A program made the translations under genes and the position numbers. A DNA stretch of 64,000 nt. Origin: Bacteroidota bacterium. Lineage in GTDB: Bacteria > Bacteroidota > Ignavibacteria > Kryptoniales > JAKASW01. The notes below the pieces were generated by a model. That model saw only the letters and a list, made by a program, of their open reading frames with translations, was not told the origin of the DNA and ran no database searches. How positions within the stretch are numbered: position 1 is the first letter of the stretch; each line of letters opens with the position of its first letter. Positions 1 to 9,788 of this stretch are shown here, piece after piece. The DNA is taken from contig JAJZNW010000032.1 in NCBI GenBank assembly GCA_021811615.1, positions 14,291 to 78,290 on the forward strand, read 5' to 3'.

Positions 1-926
1 TCGAGCGTGCCGCCGGCGAACAGAGACAGGTTGAAGTCCGACGGCGTTCTGATGGGGAGTTTCACGAAATCGCCGACTTTGCGGACATCGCCATGGATGG
101 CCTCGACGCTCGCGGTGAAGTATTTGTTCCTTATCGTGCCCGCATTGAGGGAGTCGAGCAAATCCTGTCCCTCGAGAGTCACGTCGACGTGAAGCATCAT
201 CCGCCCGGAAGCCAGGTGCAAACCGGTGACTTCCGTTCCGGCGGGAGCTGTATAGAAACCGAAGCTCAACGAATCGACCTTGAATCCAACAGGTTCGACG
301 CGCATCGACATGCGACTCACACTCGCAGTCAGATTTTCACCCGATAATTCGGCGGATGCTTCCATGTCCAGATTCCTCACCATGAAGCGAGCGGCGTCGA
401 AAGTTCTGCCTTCCACATTCGAAGCCGATCGATCCATGGAATGTCCGGATCCTGCGGATGTAGAGTCGAAAAGCTCGAAATCTCCACCGACAATCTTCAA
501 CGACTTTGCAAGTATGGTCCAGTCAAATTTGCCGCCAGGTGCACCTCCGGCTTTGCCGATATGATTGACATTGAATGTCCCATCCCTGGACCTGATGAGA
601 TAGAATCTCGGATGGACGAGCGTCAACTGGGTAACCTGGACGGTCTTGGTGATGAGTGAAAGCGGAAGATGACTAACTGTGAGAGTATCAACGGAGGCGA
701 TCGGTTTGCCGTGGTAAAGGAGAGCCGCGCCGTCTACCGTAAAAGTCCCCAAGACGCTGCCGTGAATCTCGCCCAACCGGAGCCGGGCATTTGTCCCGCC
801 GTCCACAACAGAAATCAGGATATCCCTTACCTCGTCGTTGAAGAATCTCGTATAGGACACGACATAGACGATGAGAGGGAAAAAAACGAAGAGGACGAAC
901 AGTGGGATGAATACTCTCTTGCGCAT
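1..926 (-). CDS. AsmA/TamB-like outer-membrane biogenesis protein, N-terminal part (3-prime end runs off the window)
   Basis: Absent from the ORF track because it has no stop inside the window. My translation of the minus strand from ATG 926 is open to position 3: MRKRVFIPLFVLFVFFPLIVYVVSYTRFFNDEVRDILISVVDGGTNARLRLGEIHGSVLGTFTVDG... This is an N-terminal TM anchor followed by beta-rich repetitive segments, as in TamB/AsmA-family proteins. The family call rests on resemblance only. Confidence 0.55.
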   Translation of the reverse strand, partial: MRKRVFIPLFVLFVFFPLIVYVVSYTRFFNDEVRDILISVVDGGTNARLRLGEIHGSVLGTFTVDGAALLYHGKPIASVDTLTVSHLPLSLITKTVQVTQLTLVHPRFYLIRSRDGTFNVNHIGKAGGAPGGKFDWTILAKSLKIVGGDFELFDSTSAGSGHSMDRSASNVEGRTFDAARFMVRNLDMEASAELSGENLTASVSRMSMRVEPVGFKVDSLSFGFYTAPAGTEVTGLHLASGRMMLHVDVTLEGQDLLDSLNAGTIRNKYFTASVEAIHGDVRKVGDFVKLPIRTPSDFNLSLFAGGTL

Positions 927-942
927 GGCAAGTACCGCTAAA

Positions 943-1428
943 TCATTTCTCTCGCAGCGAGCTTTCCGAAAGGATCTTATTTATGATATTTGTTGTCGAT
1001 CGTCCCATCACAAATTCGATCGTGGCAACTTTTCCACCCCTGCCCTCGACGATGTCCTTGCCCACGACATCTTCGACCTTCCAGTCGGCACCTTTTACAA
1101 GCACGTCGGGGTGAAGCAACTTGATGACCTCGTAAGGGGTATCCTCGCCAAACACACATACATAATCTACACATTTAAGATTCGAAACAACGAAGGCGCG
1201 GTCGGCTTCCGGGACGATGGGCCTTTTTTCTCCCTTGATCCTCTTCACGCTGGCATCCGAATTAACGGCGACGATAAGACAATCCCCGAGTTCCCTCGCC
1301 CGGTTCAGGTACTCGACATGACCCCGGTGGATGATATCGAACACGCCGTTGGTAAAGACGACCTTCTCGCCTTGCTTCTGCAGCTTCGCGACCTCACGGC
1401 TGAGGTCTTCTTTTGTCAATACGGGCAT
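943..1428 (-). CDS. hldC: D-glycero-beta-D-manno-heptose 1-phosphate adenylyltransferase (RfaE domain II type)
   Basis: Cytidylyltransferase-fold protein with the nucleotide-binding motif FTNGVFDIIHRGHVEYL. Track ORF 943..1515 was trimmed to ATG 1428 (MPVLTKEDL...), 2 nt after the hldA stop (TGActATG). The 29 upstream codons overlap hldA and look non-coding. Confidence 0.85.
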   Translation of the reverse strand: MPVLTKEDLSREVAKLQKQGEKVVFTNGVFDIIHRGHVEYLNRARELGDCLIVAVNSDASVKRIKGEKRPIVPEADRAFVVSNLKCVDYVCVFGEDTPYEVIKLLHPDVLVKGADWKVEDVVGKDIVEGRGGKVATIEFVMGRSTTNIINKILSESSLREK

Positions 1429-1430
1429 AG

Positions 1431-2438
1431 TCACGACTCCATTGAATGAGAATCGTTGAGGACCTCGTCGAAGAGGCGCACCTTGTCGACCGGTGCAATA
1501 CCGACTTCGCCGCACACGAGTCCACCAGCGTGGTTGGCTATCGCAGCGGCTTCCTTGATCGTTGCCCCCGAAACCAGCGCGACGGTCAAAGTCGATATCA
1601 CCGTATCTCCCGCCCCCGAAACGTCGGCGACTTGTCTCGCCTTTGTCGGGAAGTGGAGTACGCCACCCCCCTCGTCGATGAGAGTCATGCCTTTCTCTCC
1701 GCGGGTCAGGAGGACATTTTCGCAGCTGAGGCGTCTCTTCAATTCCCGTGCGGCGGATTCGGCCTGCTGATCGGTGCCAGCAGGTACTCCGAGGGCACCT
1801 TCAGCTTCTTTACGATTGGGTTTGAAGACCGTCACATTTCTGTATTCGAAGAAATTACTCTGCTTCGGATCAACGCTGACGACTTTGTCGTGCTTGAGAG
1901 CAAACTGGATCACAAGCGGGAGAAGTTCTTTCGTTAACATCCCCTTGTTATAGTCTTCGAGCAGAATGGCATCCAGTTCACTGTTCATCGCCCGGAGGGC
2001 GTCCATGACCGCGCCGACAAGTTTGCTTCCTATGTCGCGCCTTGTTTCGTAGTCCATTCTGACGACATGCTGGTTATGTGCAATGACGCGAGTCTTGACC
2101 GTCGTGGGTCTCTCGGAATCGGTTATTATCCCTGCCTGTGGAAGGTTCATCTCGGAAAGGATGCGGCGCAGTTCGTCGCCGGCCGAGTCCCCGCCGACGA
2201 TACCGAACGGAATCGGTAGGGCGCCGAGAGCTTTTATGTTATTAGCGACATTGGCAGCCCCGCCAAGCCTTGCCGACTCACTATCCACTTCGAGTACCGG
2301 TACAGGTGCCTCGGGAGATATTCGCGATACGCTTCCCCAGACATATTTGTCGAGCATAAGATCGCCGATAACCGCCACCTTCTTGCCGCTGAAATTCTCG
2401 AACAGTCTCTTTAGTCTTTCTCTTTCAAATCCACTCAA
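1431..2438 (-). CDS. hldA: D-glycero-beta-D-manno-heptose 7-phosphate kinase (RfaE domain I, PfkB family)
   Basis: PfkB sugar-kinase features: KKVAVIGDLMLDKYVWG near the N-terminus and DVSGAGDTV near the C-terminus. The start codon at 2438 is TTG (checked), with GGAG 7 nt upstream. Confidence 0.85.
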   Translation of the reverse strand: MSGFERERLKRLFENFSGKKVAVIGDLMLDKYVWGSVSRISPEAPVPVLEVDSESARLGGAANVANNIKALGALPIPFGIVGGDSAGDELRRILSEMNLPQAGIITDSERPTTVKTRVIAHNQHVVRMDYETRRDIGSKLVGAVMDALRAMNSELDAILLEDYNKGMLTKELLPLVIQFALKHDKVVSVDPKQSNFFEYRNVTVFKPNRKEAEGALGVPAGTDQQAESAARELKRRLSCENVLLTRGEKGMTLIDEGGGVLHFPTKARQVADVSGAGDTVISTLTVALVSGATIKEAAAIANHAGGLVCGEVGIAPVDKVRLFDEVLNDSHSMES

Positions 2439-2459
2439 CAGAAGACTCCAATTTTTACT

Positions 2460-2488
2460 AATTTAAGCCCATGTTGCCTCACTATCAA
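2460..2488 (-). promoter_or_regulatory. promoter-like element for hldA-hldC (TTGATA-N17-TAAATT)
   Basis: On the minus strand, TTGATA lies at 2488..2483 and TAAATT at 2465..2460 with a 17-nt spacer. This predicts a leader of about 20 nt containing GGAG. Confidence 0.35.
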
Positions 2489-2621
2489 TTAATTGGGGGG
2501 ATTTTGGGCGGTATCGTCTTCGGCGTTTGTAGAATCAAAGAGAAACCGGATTGGCTCCTTCTCAATGGAGCCGGACAAACGGATCGGCACAGTCGAAGCG
2601 GCTCCCGACAACTCCGCCGAG

Positions 2622-5600
2622 TCAATCCAGGTTGTAAATTACTTCGTAGACAGTCTTCAGAAGTCTTTCACCGGTGAAGGGTTTGTTAATGAAAGCATCG
2701 ACCTGGGAAGCCAAAGCGGTGGTGATTTCATCCTGAAGGCCGCTGGTCGCGATCAATTTTACACCCGTATCCATTTTCTTCACTGCGGCGACTGTCGATC
2801 TTCCGTCAAGCACCGGCATCATGTTGTCTATGATGATCGCTCGAATCGTTTCCATGTTCTTGACGAAAGTCGCGATCGCCTCGGCACCGTCACAGGCGAC
2901 AAGGACCTGATAGCCGTATGCCTCGAGTGTCGCCCTGGCGATTTCCCGGATCGAAGACTCGTCGTCCACCACGAGAACGAGCTCACCGTGGCCGACGTAT
3001 TTATCGAAGTCCGTGTCGCTCGGGATCGCCGCCTCGACGAGTTCGCTAGCGGGCAGATAAACGCTGAAGCAAGCCCCTTTGTTCACTTCACTGACGACGT
3101 TAATGAAACCCCCGTGGGCTTTGACGAGAGCAAGGGCTGTAGAAAGGCCGAGCCCTGTTCCTCTCCCGACTTCCTTTGTCGTGAAGAACGGTTCGAAGAC
3201 TTTATCGAGTATTCCCCTTGGGATCCCGATACCGGTATCGCTGACTTTGATCACTACATATCTTCCCGGTTTTGCGTCGATGTTCACCCTGGTACAGTCG
3301 TCGTCGAGGGTTGCGTTCTCGGCGCTCAACGTCAGTATGCCTCCTTCGGGCATTGCATCGCGTGCGTTGACGCAAAGGTTAAGGATCACCTGGTGGATCT
3401 GGGTGGTATCGCCCAGAATCGTCCAAAGCTCCTTCGCCATCATATGTTCAATCTTGATCGACTTCGGGAAAGTCTCGTTAGCGATGTTCATGATCTCCCT
3501 GATCACGTGTCGAGGCTGCATTATGACCCTTTCCCCTTTTGCACCTCGCCCGAACATCAGGACCTGGCGTACCATATCCGCCCCTCTCCGGGCACTCGAT
3601 TCTATCGCCTGAAGTATTTTTTCACTTTGCTCGTCGGTGAGTCTTCGCTTAAGTGCTCTTACGGACATCATGATCGGAGAAAGGACGTTGTTGAGGTCAT
3701 GGGCGATCCCTCCCGCCAGGGTGCCGATGCTCTCAAGTCGTTGTGCCCGCATGAACTGCGCCTCGAGTTTCTTCTTATCGGTAATATCGGTGCACACTTT
3801 CATTATCGACTTGGGTTTTCCTTCGGTGTCCCTGACAAGCTTCCACCTGCAGTTCATTACGATTTCATTGCCGTTTCTATCGACCTCGCTCAGCTCTCCG
3901 GACCATTCGCCTGTGAGTCTAACGGCTTCATCTGCCTTCGCCATGGCTTCCGGAATCTTTCCATCGAAGAGGTCTTCCTGCTGCTTCCCGAGCACTTCCT
4001 CCGCCTTCCAACCGTAAATGCCGGTAGCCCCTTCGTTCCAGAAAATGATTTTCCCGCTAAGATCCTCGAGGACGATGGCATCCTGGGATTTATTCAGGAG
4101 CGCGGCTTGCTCGCGGATCTTCTCATCAGATTGCTTCCGTTCGATGGCGGTGGCGATCTGGCCCGACAATAGCGAGAGGAGATTCTTCTCCGTCTCGCCG
4201 AACCTAACGCCGGAAGAGTAATTTTGGACTCCAAGGACACCGATGGTTCCGGATGCAGTTTTCAGAGGAACCCCGACCCAATCTATCGGCATCCTCCTCT
4301 GAGCCGTGTCTAAAGTCGATGTGCTGAGTTGCCTCGATTCATTGATCGTAAGGATAGATGGACTTCCTCCCAACATAACCTGCTCGTTGAAGGCATCAAG
4401 CCCCGGCTGCCTCTCCGGGATGTCGTAGATCCCGTTGACGTAGTACGGGTAGTAAAGACCTTTGGTTATGTCATCGCGAAGCGCGATATAGAAATTTTTC
4501 GAAGGGACAAGTTGCCCTATGACTTCATGAATGGACTTACAAAATTCTCTCAGGCTTTCACTCACGCGAGTCACCTCTGCCAATCGATAGAGCGCCGCCT
4601 GGAGAAGTTCAGACCGGCGTCTCTCGGTATTGTCCCTTCCGACGCCGACGAATCCGACAATCTGTCCAGTCTCGACAACTATCGTGAGCGATAAATTCAT
4701 CGGAATACTCTGACCGTCTTTCGAAAGAAAATCGACATCGACAATGACATCGTCCTCCTTTCCCTGCAGGGCTTTTTCCTGATAGGAACGTATGACCTCC
4801 TTCTGGTGAGTCAGCTCGAGCAGACTCATTCCTATCATCTCATTTTCTGCATACCCAAGAGAAGTGAGCGCGCCTCCACGGACCAGCTGGATGTTGAGCC
4901 CGTCGTCCATCCTGAAGAGCACATCGCTCATGAATGTGAGCGCAGACTTCATCGAATCGTAAAGAGTGTTTATGATGATCTTGTGGCGAAACACGAAGTA
5001 CAAAGCGATCACAAGAGCCAGGAGGGAAGTAAATATATAGAACTCCATCCCCTTCGGGAAGAAGGCGAAGAATATCGACTCGGTAAACGGACCGGGGAGC
5101 AGCAGGAGCAAGAAAGCGAAGCCGGCCACCAACAGGTTGGATTTCATCCCTCTGTCGCTGAATCCCTTCAGAAAAGTAAAAAGAAGTGCTATACCGATAC
5201 TGAAGATCACCGACATCCACGTGACAAGAAAGACATACCCCATACTCGACAGTCCCACATGAGGCGATATCGGTTTAGGTATCAGACCGAGAAGTTCAAA
5301 TGTGTAGCTGAAGAGTCCCGCGAAGTACACCGCACCGATAGTAATGGGAGATTGAAGGAGCTCTTCCCGCCTTACCATTATTATCATGAAATGGAGAAAG
5401 AAGAACGGGAAAAGGGCGAAGAGGAAAGCCCCGACCGAGCCAATAATTCCCGATTCGATGGAGGTGAGGGGAAGCGGAGAGAGGAACCCGCACAAACCGA
5501 AAGTGACCAGGCTGGCTACGAGGAAGAGATAGAATTTCACTATCAAGCTGCGCGTCGCCTTGAAAAAAATAATCAAAGCAAGCAGCATATTGGATGCCGA

Positions 5601-5630
5601 ATATCCGATCGACACGTACTCATATAACAT
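2622..5630 (-). CDS. hybrid sensor histidine kinase / response regulator with polytopic N-terminal membrane domain
   Basis: The first 220 aa or so hold about 6-7 hydrophobic helices, followed by a PAS/GAF/PAS-like region. Kinase motifs present: H-box GIAHDLNNVLSPI, N-box LNLCVNARDAM, G1 DTGIGI, G2 GTGLGLS. A C-terminal receiver follows (LVLVVDDE...IIDNMMPVLDG). ATG 5630 has GGAGG 7 nt upstream. Confidence 0.9.
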   Translation of the reverse strand: MLYEYVSIGYSASNMLLALIIFFKATRSLIVKFYLFLVASLVTFGLCGFLSPLPLTSIESGIIGSVGAFLFALFPFFFLHFMIIMVRREELLQSPITIGAVYFAGLFSYTFELLGLIPKPISPHVGLSSMGYVFLVTWMSVIFSIGIALLFTFLKGFSDRGMKSNLLVAGFAFLLLLLPGPFTESIFFAFFPKGMEFYIFTSLLALVIALYFVFRHKIIINTLYDSMKSALTFMSDVLFRMDDGLNIQLVRGGALTSLGYAENEMIGMSLLELTHQKEVIRSYQEKALQGKEDDVIVDVDFLSKDGQSIPMNLSLTIVVETGQIVGFVGVGRDNTERRRSELLQAALYRLAEVTRVSESLREFCKSIHEVIGQLVPSKNFYIALRDDITKGLYYPYYVNGIYDIPERQPGLDAFNEQVMLGGSPSILTINESRQLSTSTLDTAQRRMPIDWVGVPLKTASGTIGVLGVQNYSSGVRFGETEKNLLSLLSGQIATAIERKQSDEKIREQAALLNKSQDAIVLEDLSGKIIFWNEGATGIYGWKAEEVLGKQQEDLFDGKIPEAMAKADEAVRLTGEWSGELSEVDRNGNEIVMNCRWKLVRDTEGKPKSIMKVCTDITDKKKLEAQFMRAQRLESIGTLAGGIAHDLNNVLSPIMMSVRALKRRLTDEQSEKILQAIESSARRGADMVRQVLMFGRGAKGERVIMQPRHVIREIMNIANETFPKSIKIEHMMAKELWTILGDTTQIHQVILNLCVNARDAMPEGGILTLSAENATLDDDCTRVNIDAKPGRYVVIKVSDTGIGIPRGILDKVFEPFFTTKEVGRGTGLGLSTALALVKAHGGFINVVSEVNKGACFSVYLPASELVEAAIPSDTDFDKYVGHGELVLVVDDESSIREIARATLEAYGYQVLVACDGAEAIATFVKNMETIRAIIIDNMMPVLDGRSTVAAVKKMDTGVKLIATSGLQDEITTALASQVDAFINKPFTGERLLKTVYEVIYNLD

Positions 5631-6035
5631 GGTGCAGCCTCCATTGTGAATCTGGTGCGCCCCCTATCCAAGGGCAATTGCGTCCTGCAAATAAGGGCCT
5701 CGCGAAATCAGACCTTCCCGCTCTCTTCGGCACCCGCGGATTCATTCCGCATGGCCGAACCGCTGCAGGGTGGATACTCATTTGCGCGCTCAACTTACAT
5801 CCGGGGTTTCATTACATTAACTGAAGCCGCCATTTCACAGAAGAATTTAGCGACTTGAGTGATACACTTCCAGCTTACGGAACAAAACTCAAATGATTTA
5901 TGACCCACGTCAAACCATAGTCCTCGTTGGCGCTCAGGAATAGGTCCGCATGCCGATACTCGCCGTTCGGTTGCCGGGAAGAAGGGATCGCGAGTGTCAC
6001 GCCAACAAGCTGCGGTGCCCAGATTCAATTCAGCC

Positions 6036-6064
6036 TTGTGTAAGCGTCATCCGGATTCTATCTT
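6036..6064 (+). promoter_or_regulatory. promoter-like element for the GNAT gene (TTGTGT-N17-TATCTT), predicted leaderless
   Basis: TTGTGT at 6036..6041, 17-nt spacer, TATCTT at 6059..6064. Only 6 nt separate the -10 hexamer from ATG 6071. Confidence 0.35.
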
Positions 6065-6070
6065 AGAGAC

Positions 6071-6661
6071 ATGATCGATGATTTCAATTCGCTGGTCATC
6101 CGCGGTGCCAGGCTGGTGCTTCGTTCGGCCAGGCTCGAAGACGTAAATGAACTCTTCGGATTGATAAGCGAATCCAGGGAGGAACTCTCGAAGTGGCTTC
6201 CATGGATTGAATTTGTCCGCTCCATGGAAGACGAAAGACATATTGTAGAACAATGGGTTTACGAAATGCAATTGAGATCGGCCATCCACCTGTGTGTGAC
6301 TCGCGAATCGAAGATCGTCGGACTCGTCGGGACACACCAGATCGACTGGATAAACCAGCGAACCAGCGTCGGCTATTGGATGGGCACAACTTACATCGGG
6401 CAACATTTTACGACGGAATCTACCGCCGTTCTATTGAATTTCCTCTTTGAGAATCTAAAATTACACAGGGTCTTCATTCAGGCTGCGACCGAAAACGAAC
6501 CGAGCAACAGGGTAATCAGGAGGCTCGGCTTCAAATGGGAAGGCCTGCTGAGGGAAAACGAGCGGATCAAAGACCGATTCTTCGATCATAATATTTACGG
6601 AATGACCCAAAGGGACTTCGCGGGCCTGAAGGAAAGCCACTCAGTCTACCTCGGCGGATAG
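6071..6661 (+). CDS. GNAT family N-acetyltransferase (RimJ/RimL-like)
   Basis: 196 aa. The N-terminus LVIRGARLVLRSARLEDVNELFGLI and the C-terminal LKLHRVFIQAATENEPSNRVIRRLGFKWEGLLRE are typical of RimJ/RimL-type acetyltransferases. Confidence 0.8.
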   Translation: MIDDFNSLVIRGARLVLRSARLEDVNELFGLISESREELSKWLPWIEFVRSMEDERHIVEQWVYEMQLRSAIHLCVTRESKIVGLVGTHQIDWINQRTSVGYWMGTTYIGQHFTTESTAVLLNFLFENLKLHRVFIQAATENEPSNRVIRRLGFKWEGLLRENERIKDRFFDHNIYGMTQRDFAGLKESHSVYLGG

Positions 6662-6775
6662 GCTGCCTCCTGCTTTGCGAAGACCTCCGGGCCTGCCCTC
6701 ACTTCGCCGATAGACCGAAGCGAACACCGCCCCGCAGCAGAAGATGCAGCCAATACATGCGGCCTACAACGGGAT

Positions 6776-8569
6776 TCACAATTCATACTTATCGGCTTCC
6801 GCCAATCTATCGGCGATATTCCTTCTAATGTATGCCGAGTTGACAGGTGTGTACTTCAACAGTCTGCGGACCGCTGTGAGGTAAGTGCGCAACATATCGC
6901 CTTCTGCGATGACTGCAAGCGCCGCCTTCGCATGACTTTCAACGCGCTCTATAGCGCCGTAGGCGAACGCGCGCGAAAGATCGGCATAGAAGCCGATATT
7001 TTTACCGCCGGCAGCGGCCATTTTCTTCACACGAAGAAGCACGCTCTCCATGGCATAGGCTTCCATCGCGATATCGCTGATGTGCCAGATAACTTCCTGT
7101 TCATGTTCAAGCTTATCCATGTACTTCTGAAACGCCGTGCCCGCTACGAGGAGACCGATCTTCTTCGCATTCGAAGCGAGGTTCATCTCATCAGCAAGGA
7201 GTCCTTCGAATTGAGACTCGCCGGCAGAAGAAGAGATCACTTCCTCCATCAACTTCTGCGCAGCCGCCATAAGCGGGAGCTCACCCTTCATCGCACGTCT
7301 GATAAGCATGGAAGGAATCAGGAGCCTGTTGATTTCGTTCGTGCCCTCGAAAATCCTGTTGATTCGGGAATCGCGGTAAGGGCGCGCCACCGGATACTCT
7401 TCTGTGAATCCGTACCCTCCGAAGATCTGAACACCCTCGTCCACGACATAGTCGAGAATCTCGGACGCGTAGACTTTTATTATGCTGCATTCCACAGCGT
7501 ATTCTTCGATCCCTTTCAGAGTGAGAACAGACGAGTCCGGCGATTTCTTGTCGACATTCTGGAGAATCGAGTCAATGAGTCCTGCCGTCCTGTAAACCAT
7601 AGATTCGCCAACGAACGCTTTGATCGCCATCTCGCCGAGTTTGTGTTTAATCATTCCGAACGAAATTATCGGGACCTGGAACTGTTTCCTGGTCTTCGCG
7701 TATTTCACCGACTCAGTTATGACGGCCTTCGCTCCGCCTATCACGCTGGCGCCGAGTTTGAAACGTCCAACGTTGAGAATGTTGAGGGCAACCCTGTGAC
7801 CTTTGCCGATCTCACCTATGACATTCCCGGCAGGCACCTGGACATTGTCAAGATTAAGTGCGCGCGTCGAAGAGCCCTTGATACCCATCTTCTTTTCTTC
7901 TTTGCCGAGCGATATACCTTTGTAGTCCTTCTCCAAAATGAAGGAAGTGAATTTGTCGCCTCCGACCTGGGCGAAGGTAATGTACACATCTGCAAAGCCC
8001 GCGTTCGACAGCCACATCTTCGAGCCGTTCAGCGTGAAAGCCCTGCCGTCAGCGGAAGGGGTAGCTACCGTTTTTGCCGACAACGCGTCGCTGCCCGATC
8101 CCGGTTCCGAAAGCGAATAAGACGAGATCAATTCGCCGGTGGCAAACTTCGGAAGATATCTTTCCTTTTGACCTTGAGTCCCGAAGTAGACGATCGGGAG
8201 CGTCCCGATACCCGTATGGGCACCGTGGCTCACCGCGAAAGCGCCGGCCTTCCCGAGATTTTCGGCGACGAGCATCGAGCTCGTCTTGTCCAGCCCGAGA
8301 CCGCCGTATTCTTCAGGGATGTCCACCGAAAGCAGACCGATCTCACCGGCCTTTCTAAGGAGCTTCACCGAAAGGTCATAATTCAATTCTTCGAGCTTAT
8401 CGACATTAGGCATAACCTCGTTCTCGACAAATTCCTTCGTCGTGTCGGCGATCATTTTATGCTGCTCGGTGAAATCCTCCGGCGTAAAAACATCTTCCGG
8501 TCTTGTGTCCTCGATGAGAAAGCTTCCGCCCTTCTTGTAGGTCAGTGGCTGATTCTGAGTAGTCTCCAT
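6776..8569 (-). CDS. acyl-CoA dehydrogenase (long form with C-terminal extension)
   Basis: 597 aa with ACAD-family sequence throughout (e.g. SEPGSGSDALS, QIFGGYGFTEEYPVARPYRDSRINRIFEGTNEI). ATG 8569 has GAGAGG upstream. The gene follows the thiolase after a 10-nt gap. Confidence 0.9.
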   Translation of the reverse strand: METTQNQPLTYKKGGSFLIEDTRPEDVFTPEDFTEQHKMIADTTKEFVENEVMPNVDKLEELNYDLSVKLLRKAGEIGLLSVDIPEEYGGLGLDKTSSMLVAENLGKAGAFAVSHGAHTGIGTLPIVYFGTQGQKERYLPKFATGELISSYSLSEPGSGSDALSAKTVATPSADGRAFTLNGSKMWLSNAGFADVYITFAQVGGDKFTSFILEKDYKGISLGKEEKKMGIKGSSTRALNLDNVQVPAGNVIGEIGKGHRVALNILNVGRFKLGASVIGGAKAVITESVKYAKTRKQFQVPIISFGMIKHKLGEMAIKAFVGESMVYRTAGLIDSILQNVDKKSPDSSVLTLKGIEEYAVECSIIKVYASEILDYVVDEGVQIFGGYGFTEEYPVARPYRDSRINRIFEGTNEINRLLIPSMLIRRAMKGELPLMAAAQKLMEEVISSSAGESQFEGLLADEMNLASNAKKIGLLVAGTAFQKYMDKLEHEQEVIWHISDIAMEAYAMESVLLRVKKMAAAGGKNIGFYADLSRAFAYGAIERVESHAKAALAVIAEGDMLRTYLTAVRRLLKYTPVNSAYIRRNIADRLAEADKYEL

Positions 8570-8579
8570 TTCGCGCCTC

Positions 8580-9758
8580 TCAAATTAAGTTCTGGAAAAT
8601 TCCCGCGGCCCCCATGCCGCCGCCTATGCACATAGTCACCATGCCATACTTTGATTTTCGCCTCTTCATTTCGTGAAGGAGGGTAGCCGTCAGCTTTGCG
8701 CCTGTACAACCGAGCGGATGTCCCAGGGCTACGGCACCACCGTTGACGTTGACTCTTTCCTCATCCATTCCAAGCTCCCTGATGACCGCCAAAGCCTGCG
8801 AAGCGAACGCCTCGTTGAGCTCTATCAAGTCGATGTCTTCCAACCTGAGTCCGGCCAGCTTCAGTGCTTTAGGTACCGCCTTGACGGGGCCGATTCCCAT
8901 TACTTCTGGTGGGACACCGGCGACTGCGAAGGATACAAACTTCGCGACCGGTTTGAGCCCGAGATCCTTCGCCTTTTCCGCGCTCATCACGACGGAGGCG
9001 GCGGCTCCATCGCTCATCTGCGACGAGTTTCCCGCGGTGACGGTTCCCCCCTGCATGAACACCGGCTTCAGCTGTGCCAGCTTCTCGATCGTTGTGTCTC
9101 CCCTCGGTCCCTCGTCGGTGTCGAACACGGTCTCCTCGACGACATTCTTCGCTCCCCTGCGGACCTTCCTCTTGACGCGAAGTGGCACAATTTCCTCAGT
9201 GAACTTGCCGGCGCCAATAGCCGCCACAGCTCTCTGATGGCTTCTAAGGGAAAATCCGTCCTGTTCCTCACGGCTCACGTTGTATTCCCTCGCAACGCGT
9301 TCTGCGGTGAGGCCCATGTTCAGGTAAGTTTCGGGTTTCGATTCCACAAGTACGGGATTCGGGACGACCTTGAACCCGCCCATCGGCACAAGGCTCATGG
9401 TCTCCGTACCACCTGCAATGATGATGTCCGCCGAGCCCACCATGATCCTCTCCGCTGCCATCGCGATAGTCTGAAGGCCGGAGGAACAGAACCTGTTGAT
9501 GGTCGCCGCCGGCACCGACGCAGGCATTCCTGCACGGAGGGCCGCGATCCTGGCTACGTTCATTCCCTGCTCGGCCTCGGGCATGGCACAACCGATAAGG
9601 ATATCGTCAACGCTCGCCGGATCCAGTCCGGGTGTACGCTCCACCGCCGCCTTGATCAGCTCCGCTGCCATTTCATCGGGCCTCACATCTCTAAGAGTCC
9701 CCTTCCTGGCTTTACCCACCGCCGTCCGTAGCGAAGTCACTATTACCGCGTCATGCAT
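8580..9758 (-). CDS. fadA: acetyl-CoA C-acyltransferase (thiolase)
   Basis: 392 aa. Thiolase signatures: [11 protein letters not shown] (active-site Cys), NEAFASQ, and [15 protein letters not shown] near the C-terminus. Confidence 0.9.
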   Translation of the reverse strand: MHDAVIVTSLRTAVGKARKGTLRDVRPDEMAAELIKAAVERTPGLDPASVDDILIGCAMPEAEQGMNVARIAALRAGMPASVPAATINRFCSSGLQTIAMAAERIMVGSADIIIAGGTETMSLVPMGGFKVVPNPVLVESKPETYLNMGLTAERVAREYNVSREEQDGFSLRSHQRAVAAIGAGKFTEEIVPLRVKRKVRRGAKNVVEETVFDTDEGPRGDTTIEKLAQLKPVFMQGGTVTAGNSSQMSDGAAASVVMSAEKAKDLGLKPVAKFVSFAVAGVPPEVMGIGPVKAVPKALKLAGLRLEDIDLIELNEAFASQALAVIRELGMDEERVNVNGGAVALGHPLGCTGAKLTATLLHEMKRRKSKYGMVTMCIGGGMGAAGIFQNLI

Positions 9759-9788
9759 TGTGAATTTCTCCTCGAATATCTTGATACT

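Noticed and set aside
7-941. Plus-strand ORFs at the left edge: 7..192, 93..347, 280..564, 441..659, 669..941 and 871..1449.
   Set aside because: They are short, mutually overlapping and featureless. The minus strand is open across the whole interval from ATG 926 and encodes a TM anchor plus a TamB/AsmA-like N-terminus.
943-2438. Possibility that hldA and hldC are a frameshifted bifunctional hldE.
   Set aside because: Both ORFs contain complete domains. hldC has its own ATG 2 nt after the hldA stop, and the upstream extension of the hldC frame has no kinase-like sequence. Separate hldA/hldC genes are a known natural arrangement.
2493-4172. Very long ORFs antisense to confidently assigned genes: 2493..4172 (559 aa), 6932..8635 (567 aa), 8673..9731, 10122..10745, 11052..11756, 22987..23592, 25212..25991, 26101..26955, 35876..36505, 41511..42626, 46329..47561, 49444..50547 and 50578..51654.
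   Set aside because: In every case the opposite strand encodes a protein with unmistakable family motifs (histidine kinase, ACAD, thiolase, RecR, RNase R, PFOR, TonB-type receptors). The antisense translations are low-complexity and Arg/His/Asp-rich with no recognisable motifs or RBS. Stop-poor antisense frames of this kind are a common by-product of codon bias.
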